A DNA stretch of 63,659 nt, the filler included, from Rhabdomonas costata (taxonomy: Eukaryota): assembly GCA_019059605.1 (NCBI GenBank). It is 46 parts of 46 records of this genome, joined end to end, with 100 filler letters (N's around TTAATTAATTAA, not from the genome) between each part and the next. Parts side by side here need not be neighbours in the genome. Positions count along the whole stretch, not along the records: positions 22,181 to 23,467 come from JAHMHO010020609.1; positions 23,568 to 24,854 come from JAHMHO010020610.1; positions 24,955 to 26,242 come from JAHMHO010020611.1; positions 26,343 to 27,629 come from JAHMHO010020612.1; positions 27,730 to 29,016 come from JAHMHO010020613.1; positions 29,117 to 30,403 come from JAHMHO010020614.1; positions 30,504 to 31,790 come from JAHMHO010020615.1; positions 31,891 to 33,176 come from JAHMHO010020616.1; 38 more parts are not named here. One strand, written 5' to 3'. Numbering within the stretch: the first letter of the stretch is position 1; each line of letters begins with the position of its first letter. Position numbers and translations under genes: made by a program. This document shows positions 23,417 through 36,292 of this stretch, one piece after another. The notes beneath the pieces were generated by a model that ran no database searches, was not told where the DNA came from, and saw only the letters and a program-made list of their open reading frames with translations.

Positions 23417-24022
23417 CGCCGGGGACTTTTGGTCACAGGAAGAAAACGGGAAGAATACAAAAACACCNNNNNNNNNNNNNNNNNNNNNNNNNNNNNNNNN
23501 NNNNNNNNNNNTTAATTAATTAANNNNNNNNNNNNNNNNNNNNNNNNNNNNNNNNNNNNNNNNNNNNAAAGTGGTTGACAGCTCCGTCTGTTAGACGCCG
23601 TGAGGTACCTCATCGGAGCTGTGGAGTGGCGGTAGAACCTGTGGCGGAAACCTGCAACAAGGCTGCACAGAAGCACACCAGTAAATGCAAAACCGGAGCA
23701 AGCACCAGTATTAAGGCCGCACCTCGAGGGCCATCATTACGTCCTTCCGACTTCCAGAACAGCACGCAACTGTTGCCGTTGGCGTCACCTCTATTTTCGA
23801 GATTGCTTCGGGCTACAGTGTCAATGTCTTGTCCCTTCGCTTTTATCATTGTTTGCTTTTTTTTCGGCTCAAATCCGCCTGCGAGGCAAGACAGCCATGC
23901 CTTCTCGAGTCGAGGACCAAGTGCAGCGCTTCTAATTCGTCGCCTTCTTCCATCCTCTCCCAAGCAGCTCTCATGGTCGAAGAAGATGCAGATAAGAAGT
24001 GACGGTGGCTCCACTCCCGCCC

Positions 24023-24241
24023 TCAAGTGTGGTAGCCCAGTACAGACACCAGGTACTCGTACACGAAGAATGTCACCCCGGTGTGGGGTAGCACCCGGAC
24101 CCAGTGCGGTACCAGGCCGTAATAGAACCCCCGCAGCCCCTCCGTGCGCGCGATGGCCCTGGTGGTGGCCAGAATCCCGGAGTACGGGTGGGCACCCGTT
24201 TTTGGGTGGACCTCGCGGAGGTAGGTCTGGACCACCAGGTG
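24023..24241 (-). CDS. Mitochondrial carrier (SLC25) C-terminal repeat, 5' truncated
   Basis: HLVVQTYLRE...YSGILATTRAIARTEGLRGFYYGLVPHWVRVLPHTGVTFFVYE...stop. Confidence 0.88.
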   Translation of the reverse strand, partial: HLVVQTYLREVHPKTGAHPYSGILATTRAIARTEGLRGFYYGLVPHWVRVLPHTGVTFFVYEYLVSVLGYHT

Positions 24242-24825
24242 GAGGAGCTGCAGGTCCGCGGAGTCCCGGAGGCTCTGCTGAGGAACAAGGACTTCGTGAG
24301 GGTCAGTGGGGCGCTGCCCGAGGAGTTGGTGACGGGGTTCGACCAGCACTGCTTCGGGGTAACGGCGAAGGAACTGGCATGGACCGACCCCCAGCACAGG
24401 TTGGCGATCCTGGCGTGCGCTGTAGTCATTCTTTTCGACGTGCTGGTGGGTGTGCAGGATGCATTGATGGAGTATTTTATCGTCGATTTATCGGTTTTTT
24501 GTTTGTGACTTGTTTCGAAAATTATTCATTGTTTTCTTGAGAAGGCTGTTGGCTAGAATTTGCGCAGATCGAGGCCCGTTGTTAATGATGCCTTCAATTC
24601 TTTTTGATGCTTCGGCTTTCATTGCGATCAGCGTTCTGGGTGTGTTTACCGGTTTCAGTTAAGCACCAAGCCGATTCCTCCGGCACTTTGACGCAGGCTC
24701 TTCTTGGAGTGCTGCGCCGACGCCCTGGCGCACGCGGGATACGACCCAGCTCGCCTGGGCCCGTCGCAGAGCATCGGATGCTACGCCGGGTGCTACGTCA
24801 ACACGTACCAGATGCGCAACCTAGC
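24239..24825 (+). CDS. Type I polyketide synthase ketosynthase domain (exons 24239-24399 and 24697->24825)
   Basis: EELQVRGVPEALLRNKDFVRVSGAL...FDQHCFGVTAKELAWTDPQHR|LFLECCADALAHAGYDP...SIGCYAGCYVNTY; phase-2 GT-AG intron. Confidence 0.9.
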
Positions 24826-25690
24826 TACCCACAAAAACCAAACACACCCACCACNNNNNNNNNNNNNNNNNNNNNNNNNNNNNNNNNNNNNNNNNNNNTT
24901 AATTAATTAANNNNNNNNNNNNNNNNNNNNNNNNNNNNNNNNNNNNNNNNNNNNGTTTTTGTGGGGTGCAAATCACGCCAACCATCATAACAGCGACCAA
25001 AGTAAAGAAAACGTGACGGAAACCGAAACAGGGCGTAGCGCCCATCCGGCCAAAGATAAGTGCAAGAAAGGGTTCAAACCGAAGCACATATGTAAGTTTG
25101 ATGCAATAGACTTTCCACCGCCCCACGCGGCGGAAAATGGTTCAACGCCCGCATGCGTGTGCCAGGACAAAACCTAGGCAGCGTTCAGTACCTGTGATCC
25201 GATTCTTGGGGTTCATCGAAAGCAACCGCGAGAGCAGATCGAATCTGAAGACCCCAAAGGCCGAAGTCGCGCACCCAGTCCCCCCATGACACCTGACAAA
25301 AACCATTTCTATCTTTAGAATCGGTTTGACTTATGAACCATGGTGCGGAGGGATCGGAAAGTGTTGCCACGGTCACCAGTAGTGGAAGTGATGGTCAGCG
25401 CCACCGAAGCACATCTTTGCCAATCATACCTATCTCCATCAGCACCGCCACCTTGGCTTTGGCCTTCGCTTTCGCAGACCTGGCCGGTGCGCTGCATTCA
25501 TGTGTTCGCAAAAAAGATGGGCGAGCCTGCGCAGGTCTTGAACTCTAACGCACCTCCACGTATGAACCGCACCCCCCCATCGCACACAGCCATGAAGAAG
25601 GACAAACTCGTCAAGAACCCGAATCAGAAGAAATAATCTCCGAAAGAAAAAGTTTTCAGATTATCTTAGAAAGACAGAGAGAGAAAAGAC

Positions 25691-25851
25691 CCGTTCTCCG
25701 TGAGGCTGGTGCGGTCGCTGTACATGCTGCTCGGCGGGAAGGTCTCCCTGAGCGTGCCCTTCACAGAGGTGAAGACCTGCTTCTTGGCCGATGGAAGCTC
25801 GTCAAAGTCGGGCCACGACTCCGCCGTGGGGGTGCCCATCTGAGCGAAGAT
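25691..25851 (-). CDS. Exon of a cyclin-dependent kinase (CDK10/11-like)
   Basis: IFAQMGTPTAESWPDFDELP...LRETFPPSSMYSDRTSLTENG with AG/GT boundaries. Confidence 0.8.
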
Positions 25852-26654
25852 CTGTGACGGGTGCGGTTGGGCGGGGGAAAGGGTGAGCTCCTTCTTGTGA
25901 GTGCACCGGGGACAGAAACCGACTGCACATGACGCTCTTCACTGTTGCTGTCATCTGCAGGTTTGTTTCACTGAAGAAGTGCCCGCTTTGCTTTATTGTC
26001 TTCGCGCGCCCGTGCGTGTGCGGAAACCCAAAAACAGCACACTTCAGAAAATGTTCGCGTGCGGGGTCTGCGTGCGCCTCTGTGTGTGAACACCTTGCAA
26101 GGAGGACTTATTCGATTGCTTGTGTTTTTAACCCAAGCAGAGTGAAGGGGTCCGCGAAGGGGAGGAAATGATATAGCAGAACCTATCATGCAAGCGGAGA
26201 GGCAGGAGGGATGAATATATGTTGTGGAGCGCAACATATGTGNNNNNNNNNNNNNNNNNNNNNNNNNNNNNNNNNNNNNNNNNNNNTTAATTAATTAANN
26301 NNNNNNNNNNNNNNNNNNNNNNNNNNNNNNNNNNNNNNNNNNACAAGTTCCAAAGGCAGTGGTAATCCCATGGCTGAAGACGAAAAGTGGGCATCATTTC
26401 CGCAGAAGCAACTCCTATCAATCCTCCCATAAACCACCACTATTCAGAAGGGAGGTCACCGCATGCGACATGCACGGCGGTGAGCCGGTACCCACGGCAC
26501 CGTGCTCTCCGAAGGAGCCCCCTCCCAGCACCCGCGTGGCTAACAGCGTGTGCACCCGTCCACGACGGCCACCAACAGCCATACAGACCACCCAGCGCGC
26601 TATGCAATACATTTGGGTGTGAAGTGGGGATATAGTAGGAGGATCTGGGACCAC

Positions 26655-27492
26655 CTGTACATCAGCTCGCTGAGCAGGTCCACCCCCATGGTCTCTGTGA
26701 CCACCACATCGGCTCGCTCTGGGAGGGGCTCACCAGGGCCCACCTTGAGGTTCGAGGACATCGCCGTGATCACCGTAACCTGGGTGGGCGGGGGTGTCGA
26801 AGCGGAACAAGAGATTACACCCACAGAGAGACAGTCATGTCAAAAAACACAGAAAACGTCCCAAGGAGTCCACTTGGGCAGCAGACCTCCCCCCAAATAG
26901 AACAGCTTCTGGGTCATAAAAACCAACAAACAAACTATGCAGGCACGCCAACGTCAGTTTTGCGTCAATCACGAGCGGGCATTGATTTCGTAGAAAGGAC
27001 AGGAAAGGACAGGTTCCAATGTATCTAGTTTCCGCGTATACACTGAGGGACGCTAGCCCACAGTCGCCACGAAGCGAGGCCAAAAATATCTTTTGAAACT
27101 AAGTTAAAATTGCAATCAAACTTCAGATTCATCACACAACACACGTTTTTCGTTCCGCATAAAGGGTGTACTGCAGCTTCGACAATCACGACCCCCGCTT
27201 GGCCCTCATCTACCAAATATAACTTGAACCATATTTCCATTTGGTATTCCATTTCGAAACGCTCCTCTTCTCCAGCAGCCTTTGGATGCCGTGGACAACC
27301 GCACCAAAACCAGCCGCAGCAGCTCTGTCTCTTTCTCTCTGAAACCTTGTGGGCCACCCCGTTGGCCGCAATGACCTTGCGGGCCTTTTCCGCCACCTCG
27401 GGCTCTGCCTCCACGGCGTAGACGTGGGTCGCGCCATGGCGCGCGGCCATCAGCGACAACAGCCCAGAGCCCGTGCCAATGTCCAGCACCAC
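26655..27492 (-). CDS. Protein arginine methyltransferase, PRMT7/9-like (exons 27346-27492 and 26655-26779)
   Basis: VLDIGTGSGLLSLMAARHGA.HVYAVE...ARKVIAANG|VTVITAMSSNL...LPERADVVVTE. Confidence 0.9.
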
Positions 27493-30400
27493 CTTTTCAA
27501 AGAGAGCATCCAGGGTTGTAATCCGGCCAGTGCCAGGTCCACTGGGTGGCCGATGCCGATGGAAGACACAACTCGCATGTACGCCACAGCGCTATGAACC
27601 ACCACTATCGGGCAACCTCCCCCCCCACANNNNNNNNNNNNNNNNNNNNNNNNNNNNNNNNNNNNNNNNNNNNTTAATTAATTAANNNNNNNNNNNNNNN
27701 NNNNNNNNNNNNNNNNNNNNNNNNNNNNNAGCCTCATCAGCTTTTCTTCCGTGGCCTTTTTGGCCCGTTCGTTCGCTCCCGCTTCCAGTTGCGCCACTGC
27801 GTCTGCATGCTGCTGCTTGATGTGGTTCCAGCTACTCCGCCATTGGTCCATCACGCGGTGGCGGTCGTCAGACTGGCAGCTTCTATTGCGGTGGCGGCTG
27901 GGTATGCGCCTTCCTGTTCCACGGAGATGCGTGGCCTGTTGGCACCGCTATACACACAGCCGCTGACAAGAGTTCAGCTTTTCGTGTCTGGAACCGAACC
28001 CTTGCACTTCGAAACGGACAAAAGACCTCAAAAAGACAGATAAAAAAGAAAAGAATACAAAAGTTGAAGGGCATGGCCATAAGAACCTTCTGAACCACGG
28101 GAGGATGACTCCCGAAGACCCCAAATCGTGTTGGGGACATGCTGCGTTCAATCCCTCACAAACAAAAGCACAAAATCCTGGGCTCCAAATTATGGATTTG
28201 AGACAAAGTCTCCATCCCAAGATCTTGACAGAAAAGAAACTTTACAACGCCCGCTACCTCAAAATCCTGACTATCAACACAACCCTCAACCCTCGCGGGA
28301 CAATGACCAACGAAGGGTCGCAAAAAAAAAAGATACAGTTGCAAAACAGGATATCATAAGAAACCCGGAACACACACTGCTCAGCTTTGGCTCGGCAAGA
28401 CTTCAAAACAGAGAGTACCTTCCCACGAAACCCCCGCCAGTGCCGCATCGCTAGAAGGACTGCGGCACGCTCGCCCATTGAGAGGAGGACAGGAGACGCT
28501 ACATCCAATCTTTAACTTTTGACCGCAGGTCTTGGGTCCGGGGCTTTGACAGCGATCCTCGGGTAAATGGTAACCTGATGCCAGACTTCAGGCCAGAGTT
28601 GCTGCTCAAAGTGCGGCACTCGGGGTCACGGCGAGACCACCTGAAGAGCTCGCACCTGCCTTCAGCCGCTCGTCGTTCTCCTTCCAGTCGTAGTTTCCCG
28701 TGAGGTACACCTGCAAACATCATGTGCAAGGGACCTCGCCTAACAACCCAAACAGGAGTGCACATAAACACGGCGTGCACGCAGGCCAACGTCGCGGAAA
28801 TAAAAACCTCATGCCCCAGACAAGCAAAGTACTACCCAAGCTAAGATGGCCGATGAATGACCGCGAACAGATCAGTACGCGCGCAGCGGTGCTCCTTATG
28901 CCTTATGTTCAGTTTTGCTTCTGCGGAAAAAAAACGCAGCCAAAAATGAGAGCGTCGTCGCTTTGCGACCTTCATCCGACGGGTCGTGCCAGGGACTTTC
29001 GTCAGTTTTTCCCGATNNNNNNNNNNNNNNNNNNNNNNNNNNNNNNNNNNNNNNNNNNNNTTAATTAATTAANNNNNNNNNNNNNNNNNNNNNNNNNNNN
29101 NNNNNNNNNNNNNNNNGTTTTGTGGGTGCTCAGTACTAAAGTTAGTGGAGGCATGGGTAGCGCCATCATTAGTCATCCCATCCCGGGGAGCCCGGCGGAT
29201 GGACGTCGAGATGCGGACGCTTATGGGGATGCTCTTGGTTCGGGTGACTGGTGCTTTCAGTGTGCACCTCTCCTCTTGTTTTTTTTTTACAGAGTGCAAT
29301 GAAGAAGCTTCCCCTTCCGCGTGCCCTCCGTCGCCCTCCTACTCCACGTCTGCGCCCGCACATCCACCCCAAGTCCCTAAGTCAAAAAAGAAAACATCCA
29401 CCCCACAATACCCAATACCCAACCGCACCTCCTCACGAAAATAGCGAGACCCAAGTCGCTGGACGCGCCGCCGCTGCACCTGACGGAAAAGTCGACCTGA
29501 GATAAAGCCCGTCAACCTATGCCTGCAACTTCGTCGCTCCACAACGACTATGACGCCCCAGCACGCCTGAGCATCCCATCCGACAATGCGCAGAGCCTGC
29601 TGTCCCATTAGACACAATTTTCCCCCAACCGTACCGAACAAGTGCGAGGACGCACTTGGCAACCCGTTACCTCACCGTCGCCCTGTCGCAGTGTCACAGC
29701 CGCGGTCGTTCATCTCTGCCATAGGCGTTCAGGTGCGGACTGCAACGAACGTGGCATCGCTCATGATCTCATAGGTGGTCTCGTCCTATGAATCCTCCGT
29801 CTCCAAAAGGAAACGGAGTTGCTCTCCTCCTCAGGCAGGCGACTCGGTGTCAGCGGGGGTCGAATGGTGGAATGGTAGGCAACCAAAAAAGCACGCGGCT
29901 GGGAGAAACTGCTGCGGGAACCCCGAATGATATTATGCACTTATTCAGGCGTTTGCAGCCTTCAGCCAACGTCCCCGCACTGCAATGACAGTCGTCAATG
30001 CCACGCTGGTATCGAATTCAACTCTAAGCGTAAAAGCCACCATCAAAATTCAAATTCAAAATCAAAAACAATCCAAACATCAGAGAATATTACCAATTTT
30101 CAGAATGATACCTTCTTTCCAAGAAATCTGTCCCAGAAAGGCATTTTTTGTCCTTGCGCAGAATGGCAAATCCTAAATACAAGGTGTGAAAGTAATTTTC
30201 AAGCTATTGACAAGTCAACACAGTCTGTTAATTTTATAAATGATAGGGGATTTAAAATTTAGATTTTATGTTCACATTTGTGTGTCCGTGCACTTCATAA
30301 GTGTGTGTCCCTGTCAGTGTTTTGTTGGAATGTTTGCCCCGTGTTTTCTCTCCTAATGTAACACTTGAAAACTTGGTGAGTTTCTGGCTTCTTTCTTTTG

Positions 30401-30503
30401 TCTNNNNNNNNNNNNNNNNNNNNNNNNNNNNNNNNNNNNNNNNNNNNTTAATTAATTAANNNNNNNNNNNNNNNNNNNNNNNNNNNNNNNNNNNNNNNNN
30501 NNN

Positions 30504-31310
30504 TGTGGGGGGTTGATGTTCCAGTGTGGGGTTGCTGTGTGAGGTGGCTAATCAACGGTTGCTGGTGGGGTTGCGTGGTCTCTGTAGTGCTACGGGTGTG
30601 GGTTCGGTACTGTTGTGCTTGGGCTTGGCTAATGCTGCGTTTCCGTGTACACGGTGCTGTGGGTGGAGGTGTGTGCTGGGTATTCCTTGGTCTGTGTGAT
30701 CCCGTGCTGTGGTGTGGCCTTCATTGTGCTTTCCAGGTTGTGTTTGGTGAGTGGGTTATGGGTTTGGCATTCGCTCTCTCGTCAGGTCCGTGGGGTTAGT
30801 GTGATGGGTGTCCCGGTGCTGGTATTTGTCTGTGTAACGCTGGTGTGTGTGCTCAGTTGTGGTGTCCCAGATGTGTCTGCTGTGGGTTGGCTGTGTGGTC
30901 TCGAGGTTTTTTCCTATTCAGAGATGGTATCCAGGTGTCGGCCTTCGTTTCTCGCGTTTTTCGCGTGTGTGTTCTGTTGTTGTAGTAGTTGGTGTTGGTG
31001 GTGGTGAAGGAGGAGGTGGAGTAGGGTATAGCGTAGGTTGTGGAGGGGTAGGGGTAGTGTGTATATGGGTTGCTGTGGGTTGGTTGGTGCGATGTGCGAT
31101 GGTGTTGGCTTGTGGGGTGGTTGGTGTCACGTTGGGTTTGGTGTCTGTGTCTGTGCTGTGGAGGGTGTTGAGTTGTGGCTGTGGGCATGGTGGTTGGGTT
31201 GGGCATGGTGTTGGTCGTGACTGTGGGCATGGGGCTGGTTGTGGGCTGTGTGGTGTCGGCATTGGTATCCCTGTGGTTGGGGTTGGTGGACGCTGGTGGG
31301 TAGCATGATC
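30504..31310. repeat. Strongly G/T-skewed low-complexity region (probable decayed repeat)
   Basis: Plus strand dominated by G and T; ORFs are compositional (Val/Gly/Cys or Thr/Pro/His rich). Confidence 0.5.
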
Positions 31311-31570
31311 CACAACACCATGCCAACCTCTACTGTAAGGGTGAGAGGAAGGGTGAGGGGACGTTAGACATGCTGGGTGTGAGGCCGATGCCACTACCCC
31401 AACGCTCAGTATTGTGTTACCCTATTAGTAGTGTTATGCAAATGGTGTGATGAGCCAAGGTAGGGTAACCCTATCCCAGAATGACTCAGAAGCATGTGAT
31501 GCTGGTGATAGCTGTGCAGAGAGGGATGATGGTGATGGCTACTCCAACGCTCACTTCTACGGGGATTGAG

Positions 31571-31595
31571 AGGGTTAGGGTTCGGGTTAGGGTTA
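31571..31595 (+). repeat. Short interstitial telomere-like repeat (TTAGGG with one TTCGGG)
   Basis: agggttagggttcgggttagggtta. Confidence 0.6.
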
Positions 31596-34500
31596 CAAGA
31601 GGTAAGGGCAAAGTCGGTGGAAGGTGGCAGGTTAAGCTTTGAGCTGCATAAATAGTAAAACACTGAATTTCTTTTTGTAGGCTATAGAAAAGAAGGTAAT
31701 TTGAAGAAGGTAGTTTGATATTTTGGTGGATAATCAGATCATAAAGTGAGTAAATTGTTTTGATGTTGTTTGTAAACTGCCAGGTTTCGCNNNNNNNNNN
31801 NNNNNNNNNNNNNNNNNNNNNNNNNNNNNNNNNNTTAATTAATTAANNNNNNNNNNNNNNNNNNNNNNNNNNNNNNNNNNNNNNNNNNNNAGAAGGGGGG
31901 AGGAAAAGGGGGGGGGAAAAGGAAAAAAAAGGGAGAAAAGAAAGAGGGGGAGGGGGGGGAGAAGAAAGAAGGGAAGAGGCGGGGGAGGACAAAAGGACGA
32001 AAAGGGCAAAGAGCAGAGAAGCCCGAGGGAAGCCACTGGTGCGCCAGTATTACTCACCACATTCCCCCGGTTGGATTCGTCTCACACAAGCTGACCCACA
32101 AGTGGCCCGAGGAGCTTTCCCAGATTCGTTCGCACCCCTCGCTCCCTCGAACCATTTTCACGACAGGCTTCACTTCTTCTGAGCCAGCTTCTCCATCTCC
32201 ATCTTTGCTCGGGCTCGCATATCCTGGGCCTTCCCGCCTCGCACGGCGGTCATCGCGTCAGGAACTGCGAAGAAAGAAAATGCGGGGCAGGAGATGAGCC
32301 GGGGTTGCTGTGACTGAATGAAGTCGCCATTGGCCAGTAATTTGTAAGCCTTAGTCAGAAAACGCGGCTAAACCCAACACAACATGTCGGAATGGATATG
32401 AATAGAACACATCCAGGAGATCAACACATCCGCACACGAGTCGGAATCTGGAATGCGATAAAAGAAAAGCATAGTTCAGAAACATCTGCGTCAACCATCC
32501 CCGTATAGCTGTCCTGATCCTATTCGGTTGCGTAGAACTTTCCCATCATATTTGATCTTAAGCCACGGTCCTTGATATTGGACTCGTATTAGCCTGGAAA
32601 AGCCGGGCACATGTAATTACCGACCTTGCGTTTCAAGCTTTCTCAGTATTTAAATACAGGACTGCGGGAGTTGAGCGCCATGGTAATGGGTGGTGGCCAT
32701 CGTCAGCGTGCTTGGGAAATGCGCCTTCGGAATCAACAAGCGCCAGGGCTTGCCCGTTACTAGGTTCGCTGGGTAGGAATTCTACCAACCGCATCGGGAG
32801 GAGCAGCGAGTGCTGAAGGTCGCAGCTTAGCGATTCCCTTCTTTTGGTCTTCTTTCTTTGTGTCTTCTTTCCCCTTTGAACAGGGAACCTAGCTGTTGTG
32901 TCTCTGGGAGTTCGCGTTACGAATCGACCATGGCAAGTCCTGCGGGGGGACTGCGTGGGAAGTGACCGAATGATGAAGGCAGGCCAACACAAAAAGGTAC
33001 CTGGAGCGGCGCCCTTGTCAGCCTCAGCCCTGACAAGCAGAAAATTCCCAGTTAAAGGCAAAAACGTCCTGTCGCTGCCCACGTATATTCCTTCCTCCAA
33101 AAAAACATCCCAAAACACCACCCGCGCATCCAGAGGTAACTATGAGTGCCACAAAAACATGCATCACGTGGTCCTCNNNNNNNNNNNNNNNNNNNNNNNN
33201 NNNNNNNNNNNNNNNNNNNNTTAATTAATTAANNNNNNNNNNNNNNNNNNNNNNNNNNNNNNNNNNNNNNNNNNNNTTGTTTTTTTTTTTCACCTTCTCT
33301 TCCTGGCCGTTGCACGGTACGTCCCGTTTCGGCGGTGCACACTGCCGTGCTGGGTTGCTGGAAGCACGGTGTTAGTTCTTCAGTGGACTGAGAGCAAAGC
33401 GGAAAACCGAATTGCCTTCATTTCAATGTGACATTTCTGCGTTTTTTACCCTGCAGGTTTGGTACCCTGACGAAGCTTTGCGGTTATTTTGCTTTTCCTT
33501 GGGTAGTGTGAAAGCCGTCTATGAAAAGGAAAACTCTCTCAGTCCTCCTTGCTGAGTATCATCATCTTTTTCTTTGGTTGGGTACCCTGACAAAGCCTGT
33601 CTCTCAATTTACTGCTTGCTTGTTCCGATGACACCCACGAAAGACTGGTACTGGTTGTTGGGGTCCCATTAAGCTTCCCAGTCCTCAAGCCCCTTTCCTT
33701 TGGACGCTGTTGTGTTTGCGCGGGTGGGTGGGACGTTATACCTGTGATACCGTACCAAAATTGCTTTTGGAAAGTCTTGTGCTTCCTCAGACCTTTTTGT
33801 TTAATTAACAGCAGTTGATTGCTTAACCTTTGTTTCGTATATGGTGTCCTGCTGTCGATATCACCACCAAAAAGTGCCAAATCTGTTCGTTGACCATGCT
33901 AAATGCTTAACGGTGCTGAACGGTATTATTAGCAAGCTGATAGCAAGAGATAGCTAGAGTCGGTGACGTACCCCCGCTCCGACCCATAAAATTAGTATAA
34001 GTTTAAATAAAGTTTGTACCTCTTACACCTTTTGCGCGGCAAAACAGTCCAAAACAGCCCAACGCCCCATTTTACCTTACCGCACCCTACGTCCTACCTC
34101 TCCCAGTTCTTCCATTTTTTTCCGCGTTCCTGACTGCCTGACAGGACAGACTCTTGGGCAGTGCTGTAAGCTGACTCGTTTCTGTTACCTTCCCATGTGC
34201 TGTTGTGCAGTCCTCCGGCCGCAAGGTGCTGGCTGTGCTGAGTGAGGTGAAGAACTCTGCTGATCCCCGGCCCTCGGGGCGCAAGGTGTTCACTCCGCCC
34301 TCCCCGCGAAAGCCCTTGTCCGTGGTGGGCGCCGGCGCGGATCTGCCCGCCCCCACGCCCACCTCTGCGGAGCTTCTCGAGTCCGCCAGAATGAAGAACA
34401 GCAGGAGGTGTGCGGCCGAAAGTTGTCGGCCCACCATTGGCCACTTCTTTTCTTCCTATGCCACATGCACAATAACGCGCGGGAACCGATCGTGACATCT

Positions 34501-36292
34501 TCTGCGTACCGACACTCGTACCAAGTTTACTCTGGCGTACACACACACACACACACACAACAANNNNNNNNNNNNNNNNNNNNNNNNNNNNNNNNNNNNN
34601 NNNNNNNTTAATTAATTAANNNNNNNNNNNNNNNNNNNNNNNNNNNNNNNNNNNNNNNNNNNNTTTTGTGTGTCGAGCTTCGAGGTGAGTTAAACACGCG
34701 AGTGGGTGGGAACGCTGTGATGTAATGGCAATGGAACGTCTGTGGTTGTGTAGCTTGGTGCAGCGTTGGTGTCATGGCATTCCCTCAATGTTATGGTACA
34801 CCGTCAAACAATGGCAATGACAGATGGTTGTGGTGGAGTGCATTCGTTGGTTGTTGGCATCACGTAGAGAGTGGTTTATTCCAACATCAGCAAGGGTTCT
34901 GTTAGCTCTTAGTGCGATTACTACTACTGTAGTGTTATCATCTCCGCTATCTGACTTCAAACTGTGACGTCTCAGGTTGTACACATCTAGTAGAATTGTT
35001 GTTTGCGTGGGGTTTTGGTACAAATATGCTGTCATTGTGTGGTGGTACAACGTTGTAGCATGGTTACACAGTTAGTAGACTGTCACGTGGTGGCTATATA
35101 GGGTTGCCGTTGAGAGGTTCCTAAATGCTCTGACTCACCCACTGAACATTCTTTCGACACACTCCGATACCGGAACTTACACATATCACACAGGTATCAC
35201 ACTATCCATAGACATTGATGTAGGACACATGGCGTGTATATCATCAACTTATGGTGTTTTAACATGTTAGTAGTTGTATACGCGTTATTTTGTACACCTT
35301 GATGCTGGTAGTGGTAGCGTTTGTTGGTGGTCGTGGTACAGTTCATGGCATCACATATCCCAGTGTGTTACTCCATGCGCTGTACCACTACTCCCAACAT
35401 CACTTCATCAGTATCCAGGTGTAGCACACAAAACGTTGACCGGAAATTCCAACCCCGTGAGAATCCAACCCACCGACCACACGCTGAACTCACCACCCAC
35501 TACATACACTACACCAGGACCACACCTCTATACTAAGACCAAACACAAGCCCAACACAGAGACGCTAAACGGATGTCGCCGAGGCCGACACACCGACACC
35601 GACAACACACCCAGAGCACCTACATCCACTTCCACCACTCCCACCACAACCTCAGCCACATCAGCGCGAATCACACAGACACACTCCACATCCAACAACA
35701 GCTCACGCACCCTTAACTATACACCAGAGCAAATCCCATGAACCCCAAGTACCACCACAGCAACGCCTCTACACCCACCCTGCTCACATACCCACAAACA
35801 ACCCTTGTCACTTGGCCCTCGAAACACAAGCAGGAACTACACACATCCACACAACACATAATTACCCTACCGCTATAAACAATCTCCCTCACCATCAACA
35901 CCGTAACACGGAACCACGCCACTCACACCACACGTCTACCAACCCCAACNNNNNNNNNNNNNNNNNNNNNNNNNNNNNNNNNNNNNNNNNNNNTTAATTA
36001 ATTAANNNNNNNNNNNNNNNNNNNNNNNNNNNNNNNNNNNNNNNNNNNNAGGTGAGTCCAGAAGTGCCGCAGGTGAACGTCACTTGCCACCTGCCGAAAC
36101 ACGCGAAGATGTGAAGGGTGAAGGGTGGGAATCGGAAGGCAGCATCATTAACGAACAAGCAACTTGGGGCACACAAATCGTTAATTTTATTACCAAATAC
36201 AACAAAAAAATACAACAAATGCCAACCCCCACCCCTGTTGCACATCCGACAGAGACAGGGAAGCGGGGGGTTCGGGGCACGCTAAAGGAACC

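Noticed and set aside
24023-24508. Genuine antisense-overlapping genes
   Set aside because: Homology on each strand stops at 24239-24241; the extensions are just the open antisense of the other gene.
30524-31394. Mucin-like or Cys/Val-rich proteins
   Set aside because: Products of the G/T strand skew, with stop-poor frames on both strands.
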